From NCBI GenBank assembly GCA_963771175.1, contig CAVYSY010000031.1, positions 160,001 through 224,000 of the forward strand: 64,000 bases of DNA, in the 5' to 3' direction. Positions 41,815-51,973 of the stretch are shown here, piece after piece. The notes under the pieces were generated by a model. It had not been told where the DNA came from. It saw only the letters and a program-made list of their open reading frames with translations, and searched no databases. Origin of the DNA: an uncultured delta proteobacterium (lineage in GTDB: Bacteria > Myxococcota > Myxococcia > Myxococcales > Myxococcaceae). The first letter of the stretch is position 1, and the number at the start of each line of letters is the position of its first letter. The translations under genes were made by a program, and so were the position numbers.

Positions 41815-43224
41815 GTGGCCGAGCTGCTGAAGGGAAACGTGTTGCTGGTGGATGACGACCCCGCCGTGGCCAAGGTGCTTGGCGCGCTGCTGGGCCAGGC
41901 GGGACTCACCGTGCACACGGCCACCCAGGGTCAGGAGGCGCTCGCCCTGCTGGGCCGCAAGCCCATCGACGTGGTGGTGAGCGACGTGCGCATGCCCGGC
42001 ATGAGCGGCATGGAGCTGCTCGCCGAGGTGGGGCGCTCCTGGCCGGACGTGCCCGTCATCCTCCTCACCGCGCACGGCACCGTGCCGCTGGCCGTGGAGG
42101 CCATGAAGGCCGGCGCCGCGGACTTCGCCCTCAAGCCCTTCGACCGGGAGGAGATCCTCTTCAGCATCCGCAAGGCGCTCCTGCGCGCGCAGCAGCAGCA
42201 GGAGGGCGCGCGCCCGCTGGTGAAGGAGGCCAACGGCTTCGTGGGTCACAGCAACGCCATGGCCCAGGTACAGGCGCTGCTGGGGCGGGCGGCGTCGGGC
42301 ACGGCCACGGTGCTGCTGCGCGGCGAGTCCGGCACGGGCAAGGAGCTGGCCGCCAAGGCGGTCCACGACGCCAGCCCCCGGCGCGGCGGCCCCTTCGTGA
42401 AGCTGCACTGCGCGGCGCTCCCGGACACCCTGCTGGAGAGCGAGCTGTTCGGCTACGAGAAGGGCGCCTTCACCGGAGCGGCCACCCGCAAGCCGGGCCG
42501 CGTGGAGCTGGCCAACGGGGGCACCCTCTTCCTCGACGAGATTGGCGACATCACCCCCCAGGTGCAGGTGAAGCTGCTGCGGCTGCTGCAGGAGCGCGAG
42601 TTCGAGCGGCTCGGCGGCACGCAGACGCTGAAGGTGGACGTGCGCTTCGTGGCGGCCACGCACCGCAACCTCGAGGAGATGGTGCGCAAGGGCGAGTTCC
42701 GCGAGGACCTCTTCTACCGGCTCAACGTGGTGCCGGTGTGGCTGCCCCCGCTGCGCGCCCGGCCCGAGGACATCGAGCCGCTCGTGCGCCACTTCCTCGA
42801 CGTCCACGCCAAGGCCAACGGCAAGTCGCCCTTCACCCTGATGCCGGAGGGGCTCGCCGCCCTCCAGGCCCAGCCGTGGCCCGGCAACGTGCGCCAGTTG
42901 CAGAACTTCATCGAGCGCCTGGTGGTGCTCTCCGACGGGCCCGTCATCACCGGCGATGACGTGTACCGCGAGGTCTCCCGGCAGCCGGGCATCGTCCCCT
43001 CGGCTCCGGCCCCCGCGCCGACCAGCGCCACCCCGAGCTCCCCCGCGATTGGAAGCACCGGCGGCGAGGGGCGCACCCTGGAGTCGCAACGCAAGGAGAT
43101 GGAGCGGCAGGCCCTGGTGGACGCGCTCGAGCGTGCCGGGGACAACCGCACCCTCGCCGCGCGCCTGCTCGGCATCAGCCGGCGCACCCTCTACAACAAG
43201 CTCGAGGAGCACGAGCTGGTGTGA
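41815..43224 (+). CDS. Sigma54-dependent response regulator (NtrC family, FrgC-like)
   Basis: Receiver LLVDDD...[43 protein letters not shown]; Fis-type HTH. Confidence 0.93.
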   Translation: MAELLKGNVLLVDDDPAVAKVLGALLGQAGLTVHTATQGQEALALLGRKPIDVVVSDVRMPGMSGMELLAEVGRSWPDVPVILLTAHGTVPLAVEAMKAGAADFALKPFDREEILFSIRKALLRAQQQQEGARPLVKEANGFVGHSNAMAQVQALLGRAASGTATVLLRGESGTGKELAAKAVHDASPRRGGPFVKLHCAALPDTLLESELFGYEKGAFTGAATRKPGRVELANGGTLFLDEIGDITPQVQVKLLRLLQEREFERLGGTQTLKVDVRFVAATHRNLEEMVRKGEFREDLFYRLNVVPVWLPPLRARPEDIEPLVRHFLDVHAKANGKSPFTLMPEGLAALQAQPWPGNVRQLQNFIERLVVLSDGPVITGDDVYREVSRQPGIVPSAPAPAPTSATPSSPAIGSTGGEGRTLESQRKEMERQALVDALERAGDNRTLAARLLGISRRTLYNKLEEHELV

Positions 43225-43309
43225 GGGCTGGCGGGGGCTGCGCCTCGAAGGACAGGAGCTCCAGCTCGCCGGTCCCGACGAGGGCTGAGCCCCTCCCCCG
43301 CCGCGTCAC

Positions 43310-44377
43310 TCACCGCCGCCCGACGAGCCTGCGCAGGAGGATGGGAGCGACGAGGAAGACGAGGAGGAGCCGCCCCACCTGGACGGCGAGCACCAGGGAG
43401 AGGCTGGCGCGGGTGTCGAGCGCGATGGCGAGCACCGAGTCGGCCCCACCGGGAGAGGTGGCGAAGTAGGTGGTGAGCAGCTCCACCCCGCCCACGGTCG
43501 ACCAGACCCAGGCGAGGAGCAGGCAGCTCGCCACCATGGCCACCGCGGCCCCGAGCGCCCCGAGGGCGACGCGCTTCAACTCATGGACGGCCGCCTCGTC
43601 GAAGTGGCTGCCCACGCGCGAGCCGAGGACCCACAGCGAGACGGGGAGCACGCCCGGAGGCCACGCGCCCACCGGAAGGCCGAGGGCCGTGAGGGGAATG
43701 CCCAGCACGAGCGGACCGAGGAAGGCCCCGGCCGGCAGCTTCAGCCGCGTTCCCAGCACTCCGCCGACGACGGCGACGAGGGCCGTCATCCCCCACGCCA
43801 CCAGGGGAGCAGGAGCCCCGGGCAACGCCGCCACCGTGGCCACCCGCGTATCCGGGACACCGCCCGACCACCTGCCCACCGCGGCCGCCACGAGGATGAC
43901 GACGCCCAGGCGCAGGTACTGGAAGAGCGTCACCAGACGCGCGTCGGCGCCGAGCTCCTCGCTCAAGGCCACCATGGCCGAGGCGCCGCCCGGCATGAGG
44001 CCGAGGGTGGCGGTGCGGACATCCACCCCGCTCCACCGGCTGAAGACGCGCGCCACCGCGAGGCCGATGCCCACCACCCCCACCACGTTGATGAGCGCGA
44101 TGAGCCAGTTCTCGCCGAGCGCGGCCCACGCGGAGGGCTTGAAGGAGGAGCAGATGGCGGCCCCCAGCACGGCCTGCGCGCACAGCAGCAGGGGCCGGGG
44201 AATGGGGACGTGGACCGACAGGGTGAGGGCGGCCACGAGCGACACCAGCATGCCGCCGAGGAGTGCACCGGCGGGGACGTGGGTCAGCTCGGCGAGGGCG
44301 GCGCCCAGCAGGGTTGCCGCCGTCACCGCCCACACGCGGGAGCGCGACCGACCATCGGGCCTGGAGTCCTTCGCCAT
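43310..44377 (-). CDS. AbrB family membrane protein (putative ammonia monooxygenase-like)
   Basis: Duplicated PAGALLG/PAGAFLG, MPGGAS/SPGGAD and QYLRL/QVGRL motifs. Confidence 0.8.
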   Translation of the reverse strand: MAKDSRPDGRSRSRVWAVTAATLLGAALAELTHVPAGALLGGMLVSLVAALTLSVHVPIPRPLLLCAQAVLGAAICSSFKPSAWAALGENWLIALINVVGVVGIGLAVARVFSRWSGVDVRTATLGLMPGGASAMVALSEELGADARLVTLFQYLRLGVVILVAAAVGRWSGGVPDTRVATVAALPGAPAPLVAWGMTALVAVVGGVLGTRLKLPAGAFLGPLVLGIPLTALGLPVGAWPPGVLPVSLWVLGSRVGSHFDEAAVHELKRVALGALGAAVAMVASCLLLAWVWSTVGGVELLTTYFATSPGGADSVLAIALDTRASLSLVLAVQVGRLLLVFLVAPILLRRLVGRR

Positions 44378-44468
44378 GGGGCGGCGGAGGGTAGCGCACG
44401 CGGTTGACTCCGGCGCACGCTATTAGAGAGGTACACCGCCGCGGTGATGGGCATAGTCTGGACGATGA

Positions 44469-45557
44469 ATGAGCATGGATGAGCGTGCATTGGAGAAGCT
44501 CGGCTGGGGCCCCCCCTTCCAGGAGGGCTGGCGCTCCCGCGAGGCCGCGGGCGTGGAGCCGGCGCGCATCGCCGCCGACTATGGCGTCGAGTACATGCTC
44601 TATTCGGCACAGGGGGACCTCCGGGCCACGGTGCCGGGGCGACTCCGCATGGCCATCCGCAAGGGAGAGTCCGTGCGCCCGGTCGTCGGGGACTGGGTCG
44701 TCGTCGAGCCTCGCATCCAGGAAGGCACCTCGGTCATCCAGGCCGTGCTCCCCCGGCGGACCCAGCTCGTCCGCAAGGCGGCCGGCCGGACGGACGAGGA
44801 GCAGGTGGTGGCCGCCAACCTGGACGTGGTCTTCCTCGTCTCCGGGCTGACGCGGGATTTGAACCCGCGGCGGCTCGAGCGCTACCTGACGGTCGCCTGG
44901 GACAGCGGGGCCCAGCCCGTGGTGGTGCTCACCAAGGCCGACCTCTGCGAGGACGTGGTGGCGGCCCGTGAGCGCATCGCCGAGCTGGCCCCGGACGTTC
45001 CCCTCCACGTCGTCAGCAGCGTCACCGGCGAGGGGCTGGACGTGCTCTGGCAGTACATCGGTGGCAACCGCACCGTGGCGCTCATCGGCTCGTCGGGCGT
45101 GGGCAAGTCCACGCTCATCAACCGGCTGGTGGGCTCCGCGCGCATGGAAGTGGGAGAGGTGCGCGAGGACGACAAGGGCCGGCACACCACCACCCACCGC
45201 GAGCTGTTCGTGCTACCGCAAGGCGGCCTCGTCATCGACACGCCCGGGATGCGAGAGCTCGGGCTGATGGAGAACGAGGAGGGCCTGCGCACCGCCTTCG
45301 TGGACATCGAGGAACTGGCGGCCGGGTGCCGCTTCAACGACTGCCGCCACGAGAACGAGCCCGGCTGCGTCGTCCTGGAGGCGAGCCGCGATGGGAGACT
45401 CGCCCCGGAGCGCCTGGAGAACTACCGGAAGCTCACCCTGGAAGTGACCCGCCTGGAGCGCCAGCGAGACGCCCAGGCCCAGGCCCGCGCCAAACAGGAG
45501 ACGAAGAAGACCACGCGGGCCTTCAACGCCTTCCATTCGAAGAAGCGCGGCCGGTAG
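44469..45557 (+). CDS. rsgA: Ribosome small subunit-dependent GTPase A
   Basis: VVGDWV, TKADL, GSSGVGKSTLIN, GRHTTT, IDTPGMRE, CRFNDCRHENEPGC. Confidence 0.93.
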   Translation: MSMDERALEKLGWGPPFQEGWRSREAAGVEPARIAADYGVEYMLYSAQGDLRATVPGRLRMAIRKGESVRPVVGDWVVVEPRIQEGTSVIQAVLPRRTQLVRKAAGRTDEEQVVAANLDVVFLVSGLTRDLNPRRLERYLTVAWDSGAQPVVVLTKADLCEDVVAARERIAELAPDVPLHVVSSVTGEGLDVLWQYIGGNRTVALIGSSGVGKSTLINRLVGSARMEVGEVREDDKGRHTTTHRELFVLPQGGLVIDTPGMRELGLMENEEGLRTAFVDIEELAAGCRFNDCRHENEPGCVVLEASRDGRLAPERLENYRKLTLEVTRLERQRDAQAQARAKQETKKTTRAFNAFHSKKRGR

Positions 45558-45572
45558 CGCCACCTCTGCCGC

Positions 45573-46166
45573 CTACTGCGGCCGGACCACGAAGTCGAAG
45601 CGGATGACCACCGACTCGCCCACCTTCATGGTGCCCAGCATCAGCGTGGGCGGACGCACGCTCCAGTCGGTCATGCGGAGCTGGTACCGGCCCCGCACCC
45701 GCAGGCCGCCATCCGCGGTAGGCGTGGCACGGCCCTCCAGGTCGATTGGCTTCGCAACGCCGGCCAACGTGAGCTCGCCCTTGATGCGCAGGGGCACCTC
45801 GCCCTCCTTCACGGCCCCCGCCTCATAACCACTCATCTGGAAGCGGATGGTGGGGTGCTGCTGCGCCTGCAGGGCCTTGAGCATGTGCTCGTTCATCGTC
45901 CCGTTGGCGCAGTCGAGCCGCTCCGCGGGAATCTCCAGCACCACCGCGCTCAGCGCTCCGGCCAGTTGCTCGAGTCCGAGTCCACCGCCGGCCTCTCCGG
46001 GGGTGAGCTGGGCATTCACCTTCTGCGCCTTGCAGGTGAACTTGCGCACCGTCGACGTGCCATCGATGGCCAGCTCGCCACCGGGTTGGAGCACCACGCC
46101 GGGCTGCGCGGCGGCCGCGCCCGCTCCAGCGAGCGCCATCATGAGAAATGGGACAAGGCGTTTCAT
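45573..46166 (-). CDS. YceI family periplasmic lipid/polyisoprenoid-binding protein
   Basis: Signal peptide; IDGTST, PTIRF, GELTLAGVAK, MTDWSVRPP. Confidence 0.8.
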   Translation of the reverse strand: MKRLVPFLMMALAGAGAAAAQPGVVLQPGGELAIDGTSTVRKFTCKAQKVNAQLTPGEAGGGLGLEQLAGALSAVVLEIPAERLDCANGTMNEHMLKALQAQQHPTIRFQMSGYEAGAVKEGEVPLRIKGELTLAGVAKPIDLEGRATPTADGGLRVRGRYQLRMTDWSVRPPTLMLGTMKVGESVVIRFDFVVRPQ

Positions 46167-46972
46167 GGCTCGACTCTCCTTTGGTTTTTTTCCGGCTGGG
46201 GGGGCGGCTTGAGCTCGAGCACGAGCTGCCCGGCCACGGGCACCTGCGACTCGATGCGCACCGGCAGTCGGCGTTCATCATCCGTGAGATTCAGGCGGAG
46301 CACGCCCCGGCCGCCGAAGCGTTTGGGGTCGCGCACCTCCATCTCCACCAGCACGGTGGAAAACTCCCCGGCCGGCACGCGCATCACCTCGCGACGCAGC
46401 ACGCGCACCACCACCGGGTTGCGCTTCGCATCGAAGTGCCGATCCAACCGGTAGATGCCCCCGGGAGGGAGCGTCAGCGTGCGCAGCGCATAGAGGAACG
46501 ACAGCTCGTCCAGCGGCTCCATGGAGGCGCTCTCCCCCTTCGCGCCACGCCGCTCCCACCGCTGGGTGTCGGGGAAGATGTCCACCTGCTCGCGCACCGA
46601 GTTGAAGGGGACGCGCTCGTCCACCTCATAGCGCAGCGCCGCCATGCGCCGGGCACTCAGATACGAGCGCGAGTGGTGCCGCACCTGGACGGGCCCCACC
46701 GAGGTCTCGAAGTCGAAGCGCAGCAGCATCACCGGCTCTTCACGCAGCGGCTGGGCGGGTTCCACGCGCAGCCAACCCGTCCCGCTCCGCCCGTGCCGCC
46801 CCAGCGACACCTGATAGGCGAGCACCTCGCCCTCCGCGAAGGGGCGCTCGCTGCTGAATTCCTGGGCACGAGCCGCGGGAGCCAGCCCCAGCAACCCCAG
46901 GAGCAGCAGCGCCGCCCGGAGAAGGCCGGTGGGGCGGCGTCCGTTCCATTGATTGTCGGTGAGGGGGGGCAT
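46163..46972 (-). CDS. DUF3108 domain exported protein
   Basis: PFAEGEVLAY, DELSFLYALR, RVPAGEFST, TDDERRLPVRI; stop overlaps the yceI start (ATGA). Confidence 0.75.
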   Translation of the reverse strand: MPPLTDNQWNGRRPTGLLRAALLLLGLLGLAPAARAQEFSSERPFAEGEVLAYQVSLGRHGRSGTGWLRVEPAQPLREEPVMLLRFDFETSVGPVQVRHHSRSYLSARRMAALRYEVDERVPFNSVREQVDIFPDTQRWERRGAKGESASMEPLDELSFLYALRTLTLPPGGIYRLDRHFDAKRNPVVVRVLRREVMRVPAGEFSTVLVEMEVRDPKRFGGRGVLRLNLTDDERRLPVRIESQVPVAGQLVLELKPPPQPEKNQRRVEP

Positions 46973-47102
46973 TGAGGCTCCGCGCGGGTACGCCCCACCT
47001 CTATTCAAGCCACATGCCGCTGTCGACGGTGACCGCGCGAGTGGCTCCTTTATAGGAGGCGTGGCGTGACGGGGACTGCGCGAACGGGGCATGTACGCGT
47101 CA

Positions 47103-47196
47103 TGCGCAAGTCCTGCGCAGGCTCCCGCCTTCGCGCAGACCGTGCAGGTTCTCAAACTGTGCTACCAGGGGAAGAGACGTTGGCGCACGCCTTGCT
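47103..47196 (+). promoter_or_regulatory. Sigma54 -24/-12 promoter with upstream enhancer-like palindrome
   Basis: TGGCGCACGCCTTGCT at 47181-47196 (GG-N10-GC); TGCGCA-N5-TGCGCA at 47103-47119 and a degenerate copy at 47132-47148. Confidence 0.65.
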
Positions 47197-47281
47197 CTGG
47201 ACTCCGAGCAACAAGACATCGGGTGTGAACGCCGCCGAGCGAGACACCACGGGACGCAGAAGCACAAAAGGAAGAAACATC

Positions 47282-48565
47282 ATGAGAACCAGCAACCTGG
47301 CAGCAACCCTCGCCGCGATGCTCATGGGGGCCTCGGGCGTTGCACAAGCCGCGGAAGTCCTGAAGACGGATCGCGCGCAGATGAACGTGGGCGGACGACT
47401 GCAGCTCCTGGGCTTCGCCCAGACGCTCGATGACGGGCACCGGAACGACGAGCGGTTCTACCTGTTCCTCAAGCAGGCCCGGCTCTCGGTCTCGGGCAAC
47501 GTCGACGCATGGCGTTACGGCGTGATGCTCGCGTTCGGTGGTGAGAATGAGATCAAGGCCCCGACGCCGGGAATCTCGCTGGGCCTGCTGGACATGTTCG
47601 TGGATGCGCCCCTGAGCTTCCTCGGGGACAACACGTATGTGAGGGTGGGTCAGTTCCGGGTGCCCTACGGCCGTGAGCGGCTGACCGAGTCGGGCACGCT
47701 GCTCTTCGCGGACCGGTCGATCCAGAACATGGCCTTCCGGGTGGGCCGGGACGTGGGCGCGGCCATCTTCACCAAGAAGGGCCCCATGGTGGCGGGCCTC
47801 GGCATCTTCACGGGCGGCGGCCGGGACATCCCCGAGCGCTACCTGCCGCAGACGCTCGGCACCCCGATGGTGGTGCTGCGCGCGGGCTACGACCAGCTCG
47901 GCCAGGACGTCTTCGCGACGCCGATGGCCCCGATCGAGCTCGACAAGACCCAGCTCGCCTTCTTCGTGAACGGGCTCTACGTCGAGGACTCGCTGGTAGG
48001 CCACTCGACGGTGTTCAACACCCGGGCCTCGGAGAAGTCGCTGATGATCAACGGTAACTGGAACCCGTTCCTGGGCCAGGCGCCGTACAGCCTCGGCAGG
48101 CTGTGGCAGGTGGGAGCCGACGCCTCGGTGCGCACGCCCGTGGGCCCTGGCGTCCTCACCGGAGAGGTGGAAGGCAACTTCGCCGTCTACCAGAACGACT
48201 ACGGAGACATCCGGGTCCCGGGTGGCCGGGCGCAGGTGGCGTACAAGTGGAAGCAGCTGGATGTCGCGCTGCGGTATGCGTACGTCCGGCCGGACGAGCG
48301 GTTCGCCGTGGGTGATGCGCAGGTCACCGGCAAGCAGGCCATCCAGGAGGTGACGCCCGCGCTGACCTACAACTTCGAGGGCGTCCCCGCGAAGATCGTC
48401 ATGGACCTGCCCATCCTCCTGGGTACGCCGGTCATCTTCGAGGAGAACGTGGGTTCGTACGTCCTCACGGAGCAGCCGGACCAGACCTCGCTGCTGAAGA
48501 AGGGCGCGCCCATCACGCGGCAGAACGTCGTCGAGGCCCGCATGATGGTGCAGGCGAGCTTCTAA
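47282..48565 (+). CDS. Outer-membrane porin (OprO/OprP-like)
   Basis: Signal peptide; KQARLSVSG, LLDMFVD, VRVGQFRVPYGRE, GRDVG; C-terminal Phe. Confidence 0.75.
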   Translation: MRTSNLAATLAAMLMGASGVAQAAEVLKTDRAQMNVGGRLQLLGFAQTLDDGHRNDERFYLFLKQARLSVSGNVDAWRYGVMLAFGGENEIKAPTPGISLGLLDMFVDAPLSFLGDNTYVRVGQFRVPYGRERLTESGTLLFADRSIQNMAFRVGRDVGAAIFTKKGPMVAGLGIFTGGGRDIPERYLPQTLGTPMVVLRAGYDQLGQDVFATPMAPIELDKTQLAFFVNGLYVEDSLVGHSTVFNTRASEKSLMINGNWNPFLGQAPYSLGRLWQVGADASVRTPVGPGVLTGEVEGNFAVYQNDYGDIRVPGGRAQVAYKWKQLDVALRYAYVRPDERFAVGDAQVTGKQAIQEVTPALTYNFEGVPAKIVMDLPILLGTPVIFEENVGSYVLTEQPDQTSLLKKGAPITRQNVVEARMMVQASF

Positions 48566-48580
48566 CGGGAGCAGCTCAAC

Positions 48581-48612
48581 GCCTGGGTCGCCGAGGAACA
48601 GGCGGCCCAGGC
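48581..48612. terminator. Hairpin between the convergent porin and WS/DGAT genes
   Basis: GCCTGGGTCGCC-N8-GGCGGCCCAGGC stem (one G-U pair). Confidence 0.55.
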
Positions 48613-48617
48613 TGAGT

Positions 48618-50015
48618 TCAGTGGAGGGGGCGGGTGTGCCCCGCCTTCCTCACCGCCTCGGCCAGGGAGTCGAGCTCCGCCTCGAAGTCCGCGATGAGCT
48701 CGTGAGGCTCCGGCACCAGGCCCGCATCCGCCGCCACGCCCAGCGTCACGTGGCCCGCGTAGCTGAAGATGCTCAGGCCCAGCCCGTGCCGCCCCGCCAT
48801 GGGCACCCAGAACATCACCCCCGCCAGCCTCGCTCCCGCCAGGTACACCGGCCGCTTCGGCCCCGGGACGTTCGTCAGCACCATCGAGGCCTTCTTCCGC
48901 AGCACCTCCACCGCCACCCGCTCCACCGCCGTCGGTGCCATCCCCGCCGCCGACAGCATCCCGAACATCACCGCCGCCTCCGGCGAGCGCTTCAGCTTGT
49001 CCATCCGCCGCTTCAGCTCCCACAGCCGCTCCACCGGGTCCTCCACCCCGAGCGGCAGCGGCAGGAACACCAGCCCGAAGCGGTTGCCCAGCTCTCGCGG
49101 GAGGGGCTCGTGCAACGGCCGCAGGTTCACCGGCACCACCGCCCGCAGATCCTCCGGCGGCTGCCCTCGTGACGCCACGTAGCGGCGCAGCATCCCCGTC
49201 ACCACCGCCATCACCACGTCATTCACGGTGCTGCCCGTGCCGTGGCCGATCTCCCTCACCTTCCCCACCGGCACCGGCCGCGACCAGGCCACCCGCTTCT
49301 CCGTGCCAAGCGCTCCCTTGAAGGGCGAGGGCGGGTCCTGCAGCAGCGTCATCAGCCGGCTCAGCGCCGAGGCCCCGCGCGCGCCCTCCACCGCCAGGTC
49401 CATGAGGTGGATGGGCTCGGCCAGCAGCTCCGCGCCCCGCTTCCACGCCGCCCGCGTCGAGCCCACCACCGTCCGCGCGCCCCGCAGCAGCCGCGACAGC
49501 GTCCCCGGGAGCTCCTCCGCTTCCTCGAGCCTCTCGTGCCTGCCGCCACCACCCGGGCGCTCGTCCGTCAGCGACAGCAGCACCCGCGCCAGCGCGATGC
49601 CATCCGCGATGCAGTGGTGCATGCGCATCAGCAGCGCGCTCCCGGCCTCGTACCCTTCGATGAGGTGCAGCTCCCACAGTGGCCGCGAGGAGTCCAGGGG
49701 CGTGCCCATGGACTCGCTCACCAGTTCCTCCAGCGCGGCGTGGCCTCCGGGGGCTCGCAGCGTCGTGCGCCGCAGGTGCGCCTCCAGCCGGAAGGCCGGG
49801 GCATCCTCCCAGCGAGGCGTCCCCAGCAGCCCTCCCGGCACCACCCGCTGACGGAAGCGCGGGTAGCGCTCCACCAGCCGCTCGCGCACCACCTCCGTCA
49901 GCCGCTCCCAATCCAGAGGCTCGTCGAACCAGAGCACCGAGGTGATGACCATGAGACTCGTGGGCTCCTCCATCTGGAGCCACGCCGCGTCGACAGGGGT
50001 CATCCGTTCCGACAT
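48618..50015 (-). CDS. Wax ester synthase/diacylglycerol acyltransferase
   Basis: RPLWELH, HHCIADG catalytic motif, TVNDVV, VPVNLR, TNVPGP. Confidence 0.92.
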   Translation of the reverse strand: MSERMTPVDAAWLQMEEPTSLMVITSVLWFDEPLDWERLTEVVRERLVERYPRFRQRVVPGGLLGTPRWEDAPAFRLEAHLRRTTLRAPGGHAALEELVSESMGTPLDSSRPLWELHLIEGYEAGSALLMRMHHCIADGIALARVLLSLTDERPGGGGRHERLEEAEELPGTLSRLLRGARTVVGSTRAAWKRGAELLAEPIHLMDLAVEGARGASALSRLMTLLQDPPSPFKGALGTEKRVAWSRPVPVGKVREIGHGTGSTVNDVVMAVVTGMLRRYVASRGQPPEDLRAVVPVNLRPLHEPLPRELGNRFGLVFLPLPLGVEDPVERLWELKRRMDKLKRSPEAAVMFGMLSAAGMAPTAVERVAVEVLRKKASMVLTNVPGPKRPVYLAGARLAGVMFWVPMAGRHGLGLSIFSYAGHVTLGVAADAGLVPEPHELIADFEAELDSLAEAVRKAGHTRPLH

Positions 50016-50055
50016 GCGCCCTACTTAGCCTGTTCCGGCCCGGACTCTGAAACCC

Positions 50056-51048
50056 TCACTCGAAGCGCCACCGCCATGTGGTGACGTCCGACAGCTCCGG
50101 CAACGACAGCTCCAGGCAAACCGTCTCGTAGCGGGCAAACTCCCGCGGGTCCACGCGCAGCAGCAGCACCGGAGCGCACGCCATTGGGCGCTCGGGGAAG
50201 GTGTCGAAGGACAGCTCGGAGTCGAAGCTGGAGCGGTAGAAGAGGCCCAGGCCGTCCACGCGCCCCTCGCGCACCACCGGCCGCTCCAGGCGCAGGCGTT
50301 TCGGCAGCGAGCCGGCGCGCAGCGTCTCCAGGTCGAAGGCGAAGGCGGGCTCCGGGTCGCACAGCCGCCGCTCCACGTCCTGCGGCCGGATGAACCGGGT
50401 GAAGTACGCGGGGTGTAGCGTGTCCCGCAGCATCTGCAGGCAGCCGTAGTCCACGGTGGGCAGGCGCTGGCTCCAGAGGAAGGGCAGGCGCGCCTCCTCG
50501 CGCAGTTGCACCGGCTCGAAGAAGACCTCGAAGCGGTTGGGCAGGATGCGGGCCCCGCGCGCCAGCACCCGGTCCCTCAAATCCAGCAGCCGAGGCACCA
50601 GCCCCGTATCGAAGAGCGCGTCTCCCAGCTGCTCGTGCAGCAGGACGTCCACCTTCTCCGAAGGGCGGAAGCGCGTGCTGTCCGAGCGGATGAAGGAGAT
50701 GTCCGAGAACCCGTTGCGGCGGGCCACCCAGCGCGCCATGTCGAGGTTGCGCGAGGCATCCACCGCGTACAGCTTGCGCGGGCCACGCGCCGCCGCGAGG
50801 AAGGCCCTCGGGCCGTTGCCCGTCCCCACGTCCACCACCACCTGACCGGGCCGCACGTAGCGCTCGATGGCGCACCGGTAGGCCTCCACCCGCTCCGCGT
50901 CCACCAGACCCGAGTCCCGGGGCACCGGGCTCGTCAGCTCGGGCGAGTCCACGAGCAGGTTGCGCAGCGTCCCCACCAGCGGCAGGTGACGCATCCTCGA
51001 CTGCAGATCCCCCCAGGCCTGACGCGGAAGATTCATCAGGTTCGCCAT
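50056..51048 (-). CDS. PRMT-like (protein arginine methyltransferase fold) SAM-binding protein
   Basis: D..RVEAY..AI, VVVDVGTGNG, YAVDAS, EKVDVLLHEQLG, RDRVLARGARILP. Confidence 0.7.
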   Translation of the reverse strand: MANLMNLPRQAWGDLQSRMRHLPLVGTLRNLLVDSPELTSPVPRDSGLVDAERVEAYRCAIERYVRPGQVVVDVGTGNGPRAFLAAARGPRKLYAVDASRNLDMARWVARRNGFSDISFIRSDSTRFRPSEKVDVLLHEQLGDALFDTGLVPRLLDLRDRVLARGARILPNRFEVFFEPVQLREEARLPFLWSQRLPTVDYGCLQMLRDTLHPAYFTRFIRPQDVERRLCDPEPAFAFDLETLRAGSLPKRLRLERPVVREGRVDGLGLFYRSSFDSELSFDTFPERPMACAPVLLLRVDPREFARYETVCLELSLPELSDVTTWRWRFE

Positions 51049-51218
51049 AGTTCCCCCCACGGCGCGTGGCGCCAGTGTTCCGGCCCCGAGGGACCGCAAC
51101 ACCCGGATACCCGGAACCCATGGAATCGGGAAGGGCCCGCGCCCGGGCCGTCACACCGAGGACGGAGAGAACTTCCGCCGATGAACACTCGACGACCGAA
51201 TCCCCTGACCGGGGCTCG

Positions 51219-51905
51219 CTAACCGGGGCTCGGCCCGGACCTGGCGCGGCGCAGCGTCCTCCGCGCGAGGGGCAGCGCCACCGCGAGAGCGAGCATCGCG
51301 CAGTAGGCCAGCATGGTCGGCGAGGACAGCACGGTCGACAGAGGGAGGCGGGACTTCAGTCCCATGAGCACCCCCATCGCGCCCTGGACGCCGAAGGCCG
51401 ACACCACGGTGAACATCCAGGACACGGGCTGCGCGGCGGGCTGGACGGAGCCGTAGCCCGAGACGGGAGAGAACAGCACGCCCTTCCACCGCGGGTAGTC
51501 CCAGCAAATGAGGTAGAGCACCGCCAGCAGCATCAACCCGGTGACGAGCCACGTGCCATCGAAGCTCATCGACACGGTGATGGCGAAGATGTTGAGGATG
51601 ATGGGCAGGAAGAGGAGCGCGCCCACCGTGGGTCCCGAGCGCGGCAGCAGCAGCAGCAGCGCCGCGGCGACCTGGGCCATCCCGATGAAGCGCCAGTAGC
51701 CCCCGGTCCGGTACATCGCATCGAAGAAGTATCCGATGGGCGTCTCCGTCCCTTGGGTGGTGAAGCGCCCACCGAACGCCTTGATCAACCCCGGCCGGAA
51801 GAAGCCGACGGCCAATAGGCCCCGGGTGAAGGCAGTGAATCCGCGCAGCCACGGCATGGCGACCACACGAGCATGAAGAGAATCCATGAAGGCTTCGAGG
51901 CTCAT
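51219..51905 (-). CDS. DoxX-like membrane protein
   Basis: RGLLAVGFF..GLIK, TGGYWRFIGMAQV, GALLFLPIILNI. Confidence 0.7.
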   Translation of the reverse strand: MSLEAFMDSLHARVVAMPWLRGFTAFTRGLLAVGFFRPGLIKAFGGRFTTQGTETPIGYFFDAMYRTGGYWRFIGMAQVAAALLLLLPRSGPTVGALLFLPIILNIFAITVSMSFDGTWLVTGLMLLAVLYLICWDYPRWKGVLFSPVSGYGSVQPAAQPVSWMFTVVSAFGVQGAMGVLMGLKSRLPLSTVLSSPTMLAYCAMLALAVALPLARRTLRRARSGPSPG

Positions 51906-51973
51906 GGCCGGCGGGTACCATGCCAGGAAGCAATGGGTCATGAGGGATCAGAAGCAGAGGCCAGCCCCGAAGC

